The translations under genes were made by a program, and so were the position numbers. Shown here in pieces: positions 1 through 12,379 of a stretch of 51,112 nucleotides of DNA. The stretch's first letter is position 1, and each line of letters begins with the position of its first letter. Below the pieces are notes generated by a model. It made no database searches and was not told the origin of the DNA. It was given only the letters and a program-made list of their open reading frames with translations. Source of the stretch: Nemertoderma westbladi. Lineage: Eukaryota > Animalia > Xenacoelomorpha. The stretch covers positions 1-51,112 of the forward strand of contig JAUCBJ010001061.1 of assembly GCA_032718475.1 (NCBI GenBank), in the 5' to 3' direction.

Positions 1-154
1 TGTTCTGTTGAGGTGAGATCGGAGTGTTCGCCTCAACGTTTTCTTCTTGTATTTGCGTCGGCCGCTCAACTTCGTCCAATTCAATTTTTTCCACGGCCGT
101 TGCATAAGAACTCTGCGATGAAGATTGACTAATTCTATTAAACAAAGAAGCCAT
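1..154 (-). CDS. 5' end of a second copy of the membrane fibrinogen-domain (FReD) gene, running off the window edge and nested in PSMC6 intron 4
   Basis: ATG at 154-152 opens MASLFNRISQSSSQSSYATAVEKIELDEVERPTQIQEENVEANTPISPQQN with no stop, nearly identical to the N-terminus encoded from 47646; same gtgatcATG context. Confidence 0.75.
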   Translation of the reverse strand, partial: MASLFNRISQSSSQSSYATAVEKIELDEVERPTQIQEENVEANTPISPQQN

Positions 155-375
155 GATCACCTTGTTGTGTACATCATTTTTGCATTAATTAGTGAGTAAA
201 CACCAAATACTTGTTTGTGTGGTGTCTAAAAAATCTCGCCAGAACAGATTCAAGTAAAAATAGTTAGTAAATTTCGAGAAAAGTAGTTTTAACCCCCAAG
301 AGATGTCTGACGTCTGTTGAAAATTTATACCATTATAATAAGCTAGCTAGTGGAGATCAGACAGAGATTTACGTT

Positions 376-482
376 TAATACAATACTTAATACTTAATAC
401 AATACTTAATACTTAATACAATACTTAATACTTAATACAATACTTAATACTTAATACAATACTTAATACTTAATACAATACA
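376..482. repeat. 19-bp AT-rich tandem repeat (aatacaatacttaatactt), about 5 copies
   Basis: Directly visible periodicity. Confidence 0.9.
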
Positions 483-1089
483 TAATAAATAATAATGCAT
501 AATGCAAACGTGCATTATTTATAAAAATGAAGGAATTTTTACTAATAATATATATTTTTACTAATAATAATATCATACTTCTAGAACAAATAATTATTAT
601 AGTAACATACATTTATCATTAAGAAAACTCCCAAAATTTTAATGTTTTAACGGGAAGACCTTTTTACCTTATTTTCTATTTTAAGATAAAATGTAATAAA
701 AATTGTGTTGCAGATCATTTTTCAACTAAAATTTACAGAAAAATGGGTCGTAGGAAAAATTAAATAACTAAATGAAAAAATATAGCAAATGTAATTTTTT
801 TGTGCTAATTTGCTTTGTGTATTTAATTATTTCTGTTTTTATAGCCAATTTTTCAGATTAAATCCACAAATTTGTGTATTTTGTGTTTGTGTATTTAATT
901 CAAAATTATTTTCACAAACAAGACAGTTTGTTAGCTATGCCAGAATGAAAATGCTGCAATCATTTCATAAGTAGGACTTATTGATCATTTGGCGAAAAAG
1001 GGAAAATAGAAAAAAAGCTCTATATATAATATCTAAAGGGGGGGGGGGGGGGGGGTGGGGCAGTGCCGGGCAGTGCCGGGCAGCAGAGC

Positions 1090-3020
1090 GGCTAGTGTTG
1101 CCCCAGTAGAGGAGGTGGAAAATGTCTACCACAATCTACAAGCAGCTACTGATGGATTGGATCAGCATGCATTCTTAACATTCCTGGGAGACTTTAATGC
1201 AAGTCTGCATCAATCACCTACATCGCCCTGGTGTATAGCAATAGTGTTAACCGAAATTCCATCCATCTTCAGGATTTTATCTCTGGAAATGGATTGATTT
1301 CAGCTGGAACCCAGTTCAAGAAGCGAACTGGAAAGCTATGGACTCATAGTGGACGACCACTGGGACCACTGGGTCGAGATAGACCATATTCTGTTTCGTA
1401 GGAAATACAGGAGCTCTATACAAGACTGTAATGCATTTACACTACGACTCTTCTCCAGTGATCACCGCCTTATTGTGGCCAAGGTAAGACTTAGTCTGCG
1501 TGCTAGCAGAACAACGAAATCTGCCTTGCCGCAGCATGACTGGTCCTCTCTGTTGCAACAGCCAAGTGTGAGATCCAGCTTCACACTACAGCTGAGCAAC
1601 AGGTATGAGGCTCTTGCCTCTGAGGCGGCAGATCACTGTGAGGGCTATACTGCCTTTACAGAAGCAGTTAAGTTAGCAGCTGCAGAAACAGTTCCTGTAT
1701 ACCCTCGAAACAGGAAAAGGCCCCCCTGGACTGACAACAAAATTCAGAAGTGCCGAAATGACCTTCATAAGGCGCAGAAAGAGTCCCGACTCAAACAGAC
1801 TACAGCGGCCAAGAATGCAGTCCATTTTGGCACTTAGAAGGATAATTGAAGAATTATCAAAAAAGAAAGACAGGCATCTGGCTGTTATCTTTGTTGACTT
1901 CTTCAAGGCCTTTGATTCAGTCTCTCGCTCACGTATGTTCAGCATACGTTATATATTATATGGGATTCCTGATGAAATTATTGCAGCAATCAGATAAGTA
2001 TAAGATGGTTCGACGACATTTGTGTCTACTGTTGACGGTGACACAGAACCATTTGAAGTGTTATGGGGCGTCCTCCAGGGAGACACACTTGCGATATTCT
2101 TGTTCATAATTGTTGTTGACTATGTTCTACGCATGTCCTTAGATCATTATAATGATGATGGGGCGATGATAACTCCACCTACTGGCTCCAGAAGTCGAGG
2201 AAATCCTACCTAACTGATCTAGACTTTGCTGATGACTTAGGAGTACTCGCAGAATCACTAGAGTGAGTCCAACGGCTCCTCGGCTCATTAGAACAGGTTG
2301 CTTCTAGTGTTGGTCTTTTTATTAACTCCAGAAAGACCAAAACTTTGACAGTTAACTTGGAAAGTCCTCAGCAAGTCTCTGATCGGATGAGCATAAGCTC
2401 AAAGGATGGTATGCTTGAGCATGTGGACGACTTCTGTTACCTGGGATCATGGATCCGGAAGTCAGGAAAGGCATGGGCAGCCTTGAATAGGATTTCCAGG
2501 ATTTGGAAGTCACCGAGAATTAATCGGAAACTTAAGGTCCGATTATTTAGAGCAGCAGTAGTTCCAGTACTCCTCTACGGGAGTCCATGCTGGGCTCTAA
2601 CTGCTGAGGACACCAAATCTCTGGATGACACATTCACAAGAATGCTACGCCGGGTTCATTGTGTCAAGTACAATGATCACATCTCCAACCAGACACTATA
2701 TAACATTGGAGGTGTTTCATTGGTTCCCCCAAGCTTGACACTAGAACAAAATCGCCTCCGCTTTGCAGGACATTGCTTTCGCCGTGAGGACCAGCCAGTG
2801 CATAATCTTGTACTTTGGCAGCCCCATGGAGTGAATAAGCATGGTGGACAGCCCATGACTTTCTTGAGACGCATCTTAAAGGACACTGGTCGCGAAGATG
2901 CGGATGATCTAGCTAATGTCATGGGTGAAAGTGAGTTGTGGCGGCGCAATTTTGTCCACAAACCGACACAGCATTCTTGAAAATGCAGCTGCAATGCAGC
3001 ATGCCGATCGTAGTTAGTGT
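1090..3020 (+). mobile_element. Decayed RTE-clade non-LTR retrotransposon (APE endonuclease + RT), antisense in PSMC6 intron 4
   Basis: Broken ORFs carry LGDFNA, IDHIL and SDHRL (APE), FVDFFKAFDSV, GVLQGDTLA and LDFADDL (RT), and RLRFAGHCFR (RTE C-terminus); frameshifts and an apparent internal deletion near 1825. Confidence 0.9.
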
Positions 3021-3067
3021 AGTCCCTGGTGGGGGGGAGGGGGGGGGGGGGTTACAACATACAACTA

Positions 3068-3241
<174 letters not shown>

Positions 3242-4645
3242 TTACGTTTGTGCTATTTCAGTGGTCCATTTGGTTTAAATAAATCCTGATCCCGAAGTAT
3301 AAATAATGAAGTAAATTTGTTGAATATCTGATAAATAGTTGCAGCAGAACGCAAATGTTTTGATTATATCTAATTTATATTTCAGTAAACCATCCAGTAA
3401 TCAATTGCAAAATAATTAATATCACTTTATCTTACTAATATTGCAGAAGTGTAAGAAAAAGTGAGTTTTACCCAAAACCTAATAATAACTTGGTAATAAC
3501 TTTAAGGAATTGGATTCAAAATTCCAATCCCGACCCCGAAAAACGGGATCCCGAGAGTGATAATCCCGGAACCGATCCCGGAAATCCCGAAAAGTCTGAT
3601 CCCGTTTAAACCCCTATTACAGAACCGGTTTACAGTGTTGTAGGAATTATGTTATTTATCAACCTACTAAAACGATATGTTAGGTTGGTGTTTTATTTCA
3701 AACCGTTTAAAAATATTTATTTAATTTATTATCTTTCTCCTTAACCCAACCAATACGCCGATTGTGGTGTATGAACACCAACTGCATGCCTCGTTAGAGT
3801 TTAGGTGCTGCATAATACAGATAGGGTTGTCAGAAATTGATCGAAAATAATGTCGATAATAATCGATCGAAATTTTTTCCATTTGAGATAATTTTCGATT
3901 AATTTTTCACCAATTAAGAATATCAATAATTTTTAACAAAAAAGTTTAAAATACGTTTTTATAATTTTGTAATGTTGAAATTTTGGAATAAAACTAAAGG
4001 TACCGGTACAACATACACCCTCGTTTATTGTTTTGGTTCGAATAACATGTCACTGTAACATGCTACTTTCCCTTAAAGACACCAGGATATTGCACCAAAG
4101 GACATAATGACGCGAAACCAAAGGTTTTTTGGTTAACGTGGATTTTTAGGTATGAGTCATTATCAAACTTAGCTGTATAAAATAAAAAAAAACATTTGTT
4201 TCACAAAAAATTATAAAGTTTCATGGGTCATTTAGTGTAGGTCACTAATTATTGAAAATTCCGGTTCCGGCCGGAATTCCAGCAGGAATATTCCGGCATG
4301 TTGAATTCCGGTTCCGGTTCCGGCCGGAATCAAAATATCGATTCCGGGACATCTCTAATACACAGTATTATAATATTCATATCTGCATTTGTATTCTCTC
4401 AATCCATTCATTATATATTAATGTGGGACGAGCCACGAAGTGAGAGAAGCCTTAGCATAGAGGTTCCATTAACGAGTTGTCTCTCTAGTCATCATCTAAT
4501 TTTTGATCGTTAATAACTCAGTTAATCCTTGATGAATTTGAACCAAACTCAGTAAACATGGTGGTCTGTCTAAGTCAAGCTAATATTAAAGCGTATAACA
4601 ACCGTCACAAAAATAGCTCTCAGCTCTCTATATATAATTGGTTCA

Positions 4646-4927
<282 letters not shown>

Positions 4928-5032
4928 CTACTTTTATTCACTGTCACTCTCGCCTATTGCGGGATTAAATAAAAGTATTACTGTTTTTATGTTAAATCAA
5001 ATCCAATACAGGTAAATAACATTACCACATAG

Positions 5033-5236
5033 TAGGGATGTTGCAAATCTCATATTTTTGACATCCGCACGGATGCGGATTCTATTAAAACATTCATATT
5101 TGTCTCTGGCTTCCCTTCTACATAAAGATTACAACAGCAATTTAATATTCTAATCTTCTATTAATATTCATTCCCAATAATCTAACAAACAAATTTATTG
5201 CTACCAGTGCGGATGCGGACATTCGCCACATCCCTA
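5033..5236. mobile_element. hAT-like MITE with 8-bp TSD CCACATAG
   Basis: Ends TAGGGATGT...ACATCCCTA, subterminal atccgca/tgcggat repeats, CCACATAG at 5025-5032 and 5237-5244. Confidence 0.85.
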
Positions 5237-5518
5237 CCACATAGTAGTAGCTAGGCCCACCGTACTACTAAATAAAGTAACATATGACGTCATTTGAATA
5301 CACTAACATATGACGTCATTTGAATACACTTAAGGAATATTAAACAATTTAATCGATTTGTTGTACAAAAATAATGAGTTGGCTACGTTGTTGACTTTAA
5401 CGCCCAGGTTCTTATTCAAGTAGTAACGTTATGTTAATGTTAGAGATAAATAACACGTGAAAAAATAATTTAATAAATAATAATGTAACGATTCAACGAT
5501 GTTGAGAAAGCCGCATAG

Positions 5519-6506
5519 TAGAGTTGAAACAGAGGTACTTGTAACGTATCACTGATCTATGGATTCTCCGGGCTATTTTTTGGTCTCCGGATAGGTCTCT
5601 GGTTCTCGGGTATTGAAAACAGGCATTTTACCCAGAGATCAGTGATTTTACAAATTATAAATAGATATTTAAAAATAGGTCCTGTACAACACAAAATGTG
5701 AAATGAAGATTATTTTTCACAAATTTTTTACAATTAATTTAATTTTTAACTATTTTTCATACACCACTTCAACACAATAATATTATTCACTTTTACACTA
5801 TTTATATTTCTAATAAATGTACCGATAATCTTCTATTTAATTTAAGGTGCGTTTAATTTTAAGTTAAATTAGCACCTAAAGGTCGTTCTTATTTAAGGAT
5901 AAGGGTGCTTAATTTGAGCACCGATAATGTTTAAAAGTGAAAGAAAGGGTTGTTCTCCATTCAATTTGTTATAGAAAAGATAATATGGAGACCAACGAGC
6001 GTAACCAACGAGGCCTGTAATTTGGGCGAATAGAGTACTATCTGTGCACTAACTATTAGTAAATGACCAAGTTTATAGTACATTTAAATATATGATTCAT
6101 TACATGCAATTGTAAAATAAGTGCCTTTAATTAACAACGTTCCGGTACCTATGGAGCAAAAAAAATTAATGTAACAAATTAATAAAAAAAAAAACAAAAT
6201 AAGAACGAATTAATAAACAAATAACCAAATTAATATTAATGAAGCCCCCCAAACTGTACGTGCGCTTATTTTCTTCAAATTGGTAAGGGTTGAAATGGGT
6301 TGGATTTACTGTAATTCAACCATGGAAAAATAGTTATCAGTCCGTTTGTACGTCTCGTCTGTTTGTGCTATAGGGGTCTAATCAGATTGTAAGTACAAAA
6401 ATAAGCAAAGTCTCTGATCTCCGGCTCTGGTCTTTTTCAAAATAATTATCCGGGTAGGGCTCTGGTTTACCGGGATTAAGAAAAACAGGTCTCTGTTTCA
6501 TCTCTA
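5519..6506. mobile_element. hAT-like non-autonomous element with 8-bp TSD CCGCATAG
   Basis: TIRs TAGAGTTGAAACAGAG / CTCTGTTTCATCTCTA; CCGCATAG at 5511-5518 and 6507-6514. Confidence 0.85.
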
Positions 6507-6565
6507 CCGCATAGTAATGTTTAGGCAGTTAGGTAACATAGTTAAATGAATTATATTTCACTAAC

Positions 6566-6685
6566 ATTTCTCCTCAGTTAACTGCTTCAAAGTCTCACCA
6601 ACTATTTGACCGACGCTCTGTAAAGCCTTCAGATCATTCTCACTCTTATCATATTGTTTGGTTAAATCTCGCAGTTCCTCGCGAA
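6566..6685 (-). CDS. PSMC6: 26S proteasome AAA-ATPase Rpt4, exon 2
   Basis: tag|(V)[39 protein letters not shown]|gttagt, 120 bp, phase 1-1. Confidence 0.96.
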
Positions 6686-7052
6686 CTATAATAAATAATA
6701 ATCAAACCAACATGTAAATATCTTATATAGTGGCCGTCAAGTCACAACTGCCGTCCCTACATGCAGATATGTGCACGCACAAGCAAGGGCAGTGAGACAG
6801 GGTAACCAAAACAAACAAACACATATAAGCGAACCCCCAAACCAGCAAATAGAACCAATGCTGCAATGCAAACCTTTTATCGGTTCCACCTCTGTCTGTC
6901 AGTTTTTTGTTCCTTTAACTGTTTAATACAAACCTTTTCTCAGTTGCGCCCCTCTCTCTCTTTTCCTGTAATACAGTAATAGGCCTACAAAGTACAAACC
7001 TTTTCTCAGTTTCGCCTATGTCTCTCTGTCTCTTTAACTGTTTAATACAAAC

Positions 7053-7200
7053 CTTTTCTCAGTTTCGCCTCTGTCTCTCGGTGCTCCAGTAACCGTTTCC
7101 GGTACTCGTTAAGGGCGCGTTCCCGTTGCGTTGGCTGCGGCGGCACGTTGGGGGCGGCAGTAACAGAAGGTGGAGATACGATGCCGGAAGGAGCTGACAT
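7053..7200 (-). CDS. PSMC6: 26S proteasome AAA-ATPase Rpt4, exon 1
   Basis: ATG at 7200: MSAPSGIVSPPSVTAAPNVPPQPTQRERALNEYRKRLLEHRETEAKLRK|gtttgt; matches the Rpt4 N-terminal coiled coil (R..AL..YRK.LLEH.E). Confidence 0.92.
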
Positions 7201-7710
7201 GGTTCCGTATCCGATCCGGGGTTTACAGCTAAAGTCTGAAAGTGGCGGGTGTGGGAGTGGGGTGAAATGGTTTGTGACGATGGACTTATCAACTTCAACA
7301 CAGTCACAGTCTGACAGTACCTATATCTGTATAACTGTATATACAGATATAGGGCATATAGGCCTACTGATATAGGGTATACCTGTAGTACTGTAGTACT
7401 GTAGTCAGTAGTAGCTGAGTAGCAGAGTAGTGCAGCAGGGCGCAGGGGCAGGGATATGACTGTATGGTTTACAGTAAGTTTGATTTCCCCTCCTTTATAA
7501 AATGACGCAGCAGTAATAATACGAAAAACTATTGGCGTTGCTAACGGTACATACTCTGATACTGATACTGAACATTTGAGTCAGTGTGTTTTTTAATTTT
7601 AATCTGCCATTTAATCTTGAATACAATTCCACTTTCAGTGCGGCAGTGTCCCACGTTAAATAGTTTTAAATTTAAACTTAATATTTGGTTAAAATAAGAT
7701 AGTTTTAGAA

Positions 7711-8915
7711 GTAGTTCTAGTTAAGGTTATGATTATGATAATGCAGTAGTTCTAGTTAGGTTATGAAGTAGTTCTAGTTAGGTTATGATTATGCAGTAGT
7801 TCTAGTTAGGTTATGATTATACAGTAGTTATAGTTAGGTTATGATTATGCAGTAGTTATAGTTAGGTTATGATTATGCAGTAGTTCTAGTTAGGTTATGA
7901 TTACGCGGTAGTTATAGTTAGGTTATGATTATGCAGTAGTTCTAGTTAGGTTGTGATTATGCAGTAGTTATAGTTAGGTTATGATTATGCAGTAGTTATA
8001 GTTAGGTTATGATTATGCAGTAGTTCTAGTTAGGTTATGATTACGCGGTAGTTATAGTTAGGTTATGATTATGCAGTAGTTCTAGTCAGGTTGTGATTAT
8101 GCAGTAGTTCTAGTTAGGTTATGATTATGCAGTAGTTATAGTTAGGTTATGATTATGCAGTAGTTCTAGTTAGGTTATGATTACGCAGTAGTTCTAGTTA
8201 GGTTATGATTATGCAGTAGTTCTAGTTAGGTTATGATTATGCAGTAGTTCTAGTTAGGTTATGATTACGGAGTAGGCCTAGTTATAGTTAGGTTATGATT
8301 ATGCAGTAGTTCTAGATAGGTTATGATTATGCAGTAGTTCTAGTTAGGTTATGATTATGCAGTAGTTCTAGTTAGGTTATGATTATGCAGTAGTTCTAGA
8401 TAGGTTATGATTATGCAGTAGTTCTAGTTAGGTTATGATTATGCAGTAGTTCTAGATAGGTTATGATTATGCAGTAGTTCTAGTTAGGTTATGATTATGC
8501 AGTAGTTCTAGTTAGGTTATGATTATGCAGTAGTTCTAGATAGGTTATGATTATGCAGTAGTTCTATTTAGGTTACGATTACGCAGTAGTTCTAGTTAGG
8601 TTATGATTACGCAGTAGGCCTAGTTATAGTTAGGTTATGATTATGCAGTAGTTCTACTGTGGTTAGGATATGATTATGCAGTAGTTATAGTTAGGTTATG
8701 AAGTAGTTCTAGTTAGGTTATGATTATGCAGTAGTTCTAGTTAGGTTATGATTACGCAGTAGGCCTAGTTATAGTTAGGTTATGATTATGCAGTAGTTCT
8801 ACTGTGGTTAGGATATGATTATGCAGTAGTTATAGTTAGGTTATGAAGTAGTTCTAGTTAGGTTATGAAGTAGTTCTACAGTAGTTAGGTTATGAAGTAG
8901 TTCTAGTTTGCTTAT
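7711..8915. repeat. 28-bp minisatellite (gcagtagttctagttaggttatgattat), about 40 copies with variants
   Basis: Directly visible periodicity, with duplicated variant blocks near the right end. Confidence 0.97.
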
Positions 8916-10037
8916 GGTTTGTAATGTTATAAATATAATGTTTTTCAATTAATATAGTGCATGATTAGTTGAATTTTTAGTTATGTTGTGTTATTTTAAT
9001 TATAGTAGGATATTGTATAAAACATAGTACAGTATAGAGTATGTAGGCTAAATATTAAATAATACAATGTGTTGTGTACTGGTAACTGAAATAATGGGAC
9101 CACCCGTCCAGTGGCCATCTCCAGATATAGACACTTATTACATTTACCATAATTGTGTGTAATTGTTGAATTTTACTGTCTATGTGTGAGATATTGTCCA
9201 TATATTTTATCTTATCTTAACTTCCAGGCTAAACCAGGTTTATTAAACACCAAATAATGTCATCATTAGCATATATACGATCGTCCTGAAGGACCAACGC
9301 ATATTCTACTTGGAAAATTTCTAAACTTTTGCCAAACAACATGTGTACTAAGTTTGGTTAAATTTCATTGAGTGAAGATTGGCTGAGTTATTAACGTTTA
9401 AATATACGATCTACAGATCGACATATTGTCTATAAACACAACCATTGAGATAGTGGTACCCGTATGCTAAGCTCGCATACTCGCGTGGCTCGCCCCACAA
9501 TGAAACTGAATCTGGTACTGAACTCAACTCCTAGTATACGGTAAGATTTTTTTGGCTTAAAAGTAAAGAGCCGCAATTATCGAGTGTTCATAGGAGACAA
9601 TAGGCAAGATGTGACCGATACCTTCTCGAAGATTCCAACAGTATAGATTTTGTACAAACCGACTGTCTGATCACAATTTAATATAAATTTGTTATTTTAG
9701 GCGTCATACGTAAATTTATATTCTGTATATTATTTTAAATGTACAGTAGTACTATTGTCACTATAGTCACTACTGTACTATTTTTGTTTTTAAATCTCCC
9801 ACTGTTTTTAATAGTCCTAAATTTTTTTTTTTATAAAACATCCATTGCTAAGCAACATATTTAATACCCTTCTGGTGGTGGTAAATGTTTGTTTAGTATT
9901 TTACCGATATGTATGTATATTAATTATCTTAAAGTATTCAGAATAGTTTAGGAAGCATTGGGAACAGCTTATCTACATAAACCCTTCTACTTAGATGCTC
10001 TTCCAACATATATGTACAATATGCCTAGTTACTTATT

Positions 10038-11269
10038 GAAGTTATGGTGATCCCAGGAGGATATCTTAATTTGAGACAGAATAAGATAAGTAGTGCGATT
10101 TGAAAGAACATAATTATTGTCTAAATCCGGAACGTTTCGTATATTACGTTATACATCATCAGTCATAATACTGTAGGTACAAAATAACTATAATTATATG
10201 AAAAAACCTAAAATTAATAAAAAAGATAAGAGTAAACAAAATTCAAAATGTGATAGGGTGGATAATTACGATAAATGTAAATTAGAATATTTTTACTAAG
10301 TATAATGAAGTAAATGCAGAATTACAGAGAAATTATAGAAAAAATTACAGTACCGGTAGCAATCAGAGACTAAAGGCAGTAAACTAACTAGGTAGTGTGT
10401 TCATTACAGTAGATACATTAGAATTGTACTGTATGTAATAGTTATCATAATTAAAATAGATATAGCGGGAATGAAGTGTCTTGTATGTTAAGTGATGGTC
10501 TTTGTTTCTGTATAATTAGACTTTCTTTAATTAGTAGATCGTAGTTGTTAGTGGCTGTACCTATACTATTAAAGTCTTGGTATTCGAATCGGTGGTCGTA
10601 CTCAAGTGCATGTTCATGTATGGAGGAGTGTCTAGGAGTGGCTGTTGGCTTTCCTGTTCGGGGAGACTTCGCAAGGTGCTCAGAGATTCTTACTTTAAAG
10701 TGGCGCTCGGATTTACCGATGTAGTCAGCATTACAGCTGGTGCACTTAAAATGATATAAAGTAAGAGATCTCATCGCTTTGGGAAATCTGTCCTTGAAGG
10801 GAAAGTAATTAGCCAGTCGAGATGTGGGTCTAAATATTAATTTGAGTTCTACTTGTGGAAATGTTCTAGAAAGTATTTTAAGACGCTGTTGAATTTGTGT
10901 TGACATCGTTCCAAGATACGGTATGATTAAATATACAGGTTTCTTTCCTACTGTAGGGACCTTAGGGAGTGGGGGGTTGGTTAGTTTGATTGTTATACGG
11001 TGGGCTATGGACCAGAAAAGGTTGCTAGGGAAACCATTAAGGGAGAGTATATTATGTAGATTCATAATTTCAGTTTGAAATTGCCGCCAACTAGAGCAAA
11101 TTGTGAATATTCTGAAGACTAGAGTAGCTATCAATGAGGCCTTAAATTTTTCTGGTATAAATCTGTCGTAGCTAGTAACCCAGTAACTGTAACCCATAAC
11201 CCAATAACTGGAAACGTTCCGGATTTAAACAATAATTATGTTCTTTCAAATCGCACTACTTATCTTATT
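10038..11269 (-). mobile_element. 5'-truncated Penelope-like element (GIY-YIG endonuclease) with inverted pLTR fragment and 13-bp TSD
   Basis: ORF 10451-11197 has LYHFKCTSCNADYIGKSERHFKVRISEH...KESLII..QRPSLN; 10079-10138 is inverted at 11211-11271; CTAGTTACTTATT at 10025-10037 and 11270-11282. Confidence 0.92.
10125..10170 (-). ncRNA. Hammerhead ribozyme-like core in the Penelope pLTR (possibly degenerate)
   Basis: Minus strand reads CTGATGA-t-GTATA-acgtaa-TATAC-GAAAC: both conserved boxes plus a 5-bp stem II. Stem I pairing is not convincing. Confidence 0.55.
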
Positions 11270-11722
11270 CTAGTTACTTATTCGTATTACAAAATAAACT
11301 GTTTACCATCCTTAATGGCAGAATGTGGTTGGCCCGCGTCTGAATATTAATAATCAATCAAAGATTGAAAAATCAGGATACGAATAGCGCCAAATTAATA
11401 TAAAACAGTTACCATAAAACACATCTTATTATTTTCAATCAATTCTACTATATTTTTGGTTTCTAAAATTTCCTCATTGTTAGTGCATGTGCAAGGATTT
11501 GACAGTGATTGACAGACATTAATTAGAGTTCTGTACCTACAAAGGGCCCTTGCGCCCCTGGTCATTGGAAATTTATTGCAAAACTTATAGCTGTATAGGA
11601 GTAGGTAATCTTCTAGAGTATGTTGTTACAACTCTGTACGGTACTGCAGTATAAAGTACAGGAAAATCATTGAACGATTGAACTTCTAGGCGGACTGTTT
11701 AACCGACCGACTCGAAGCATAA

Positions 11723-12379
11723 ATGAATAAAGAAAACCCGACCGCCAGACGTCCAGATGAACTGGTACCGGTATCGGAGGCTGTCTGCGCCGCCTATAAA
11801 GACAAGTACAGACGTTGTCGATCCTACGTAGACAGACTCCACCACATGTACGCGACCGGTCGGATGCGGAAAGTTGCCGAGTGCGAGGATTTCGACTACC
11901 AACGTAAACTCTGCGAGGAATGGTGCGAAAACGACGACCAACTGGCACGGAACGCCCTGCGAGCGGAGGCGGAGTTACTATACGTGGATATGGAGCGGGA
12001 GAACAATGTGTGGGAGTATAGGGAGCACGGGGAGCGGCCGGAGGGATGGAGGAGTGGTTGGGGGGAGCCGTTAGAGGATGGGAGGAAGATGGATCTGGAA
12101 CAAGGTCCGGTGGGTGTGGAGGAGCGGGTGGGAGCCAGTGGGATGGGAGTTAGTGGGATGTGGGATACTCAAGGGGATCCATCATTAGTAACACTACGAG
12201 CTAGTATTGGTAATGTGTTTCGCATGCTGACTGGTACCAACGGAGTTCCTATGCTGCATCTCGCAACTTATATTCCTCGTAAGAAGAAAGAAAATGTGTC
12301 AGAGGAAATTCCAGAAACGAATTCAGTTGACGTAAAACTGCCAGAAACAAATTCGATAGACGTTCCAGATGATAAATAA
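11723..12379 (+). CDS. C22orf39: C22orf39/PANTS (UPF0545)-like protein with C-terminal extension, single coding exon
   Basis: Pattern C..Y......CRS....LHH.Y..G......CE........C..W and VW..R.....P..W matches the C22orf39 family as remembered; GC-rich coding composition. Confidence 0.75.
   Translation: MNKENPTARRPDELVPVSEAVCAAYKDKYRRCRSYVDRLHHMYATGRMRKVAECEDFDYQRKLCEEWCENDDQLARNALRAEAELLYVDMERENNVWEYREHGERPEGWRSGWGEPLEDGRKMDLEQGPVGVEERVGASGMGVSGMWDTQGDPSLVTLRASIGNVFRMLTGTNGVPMLHLATYIPRKKKENVSEEIPETNSVDVKLPETNSIDVPDDK

Noticed and set aside
743-770. ATGGGTCGTAGGAAAAATTAAATA resembling a MADS-box start (MGR.K)
   Set aside because: Stop after six codons and no downstream MADS similarity; likely chance.
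3500-4360. Small hAT-like MITE ends (gatcccg, atcgat and ttccgg repeat clusters) in PSMC6 intron 3
   Set aside because: Likely TE remnants, but paired TIRs and TSDs could not be established.
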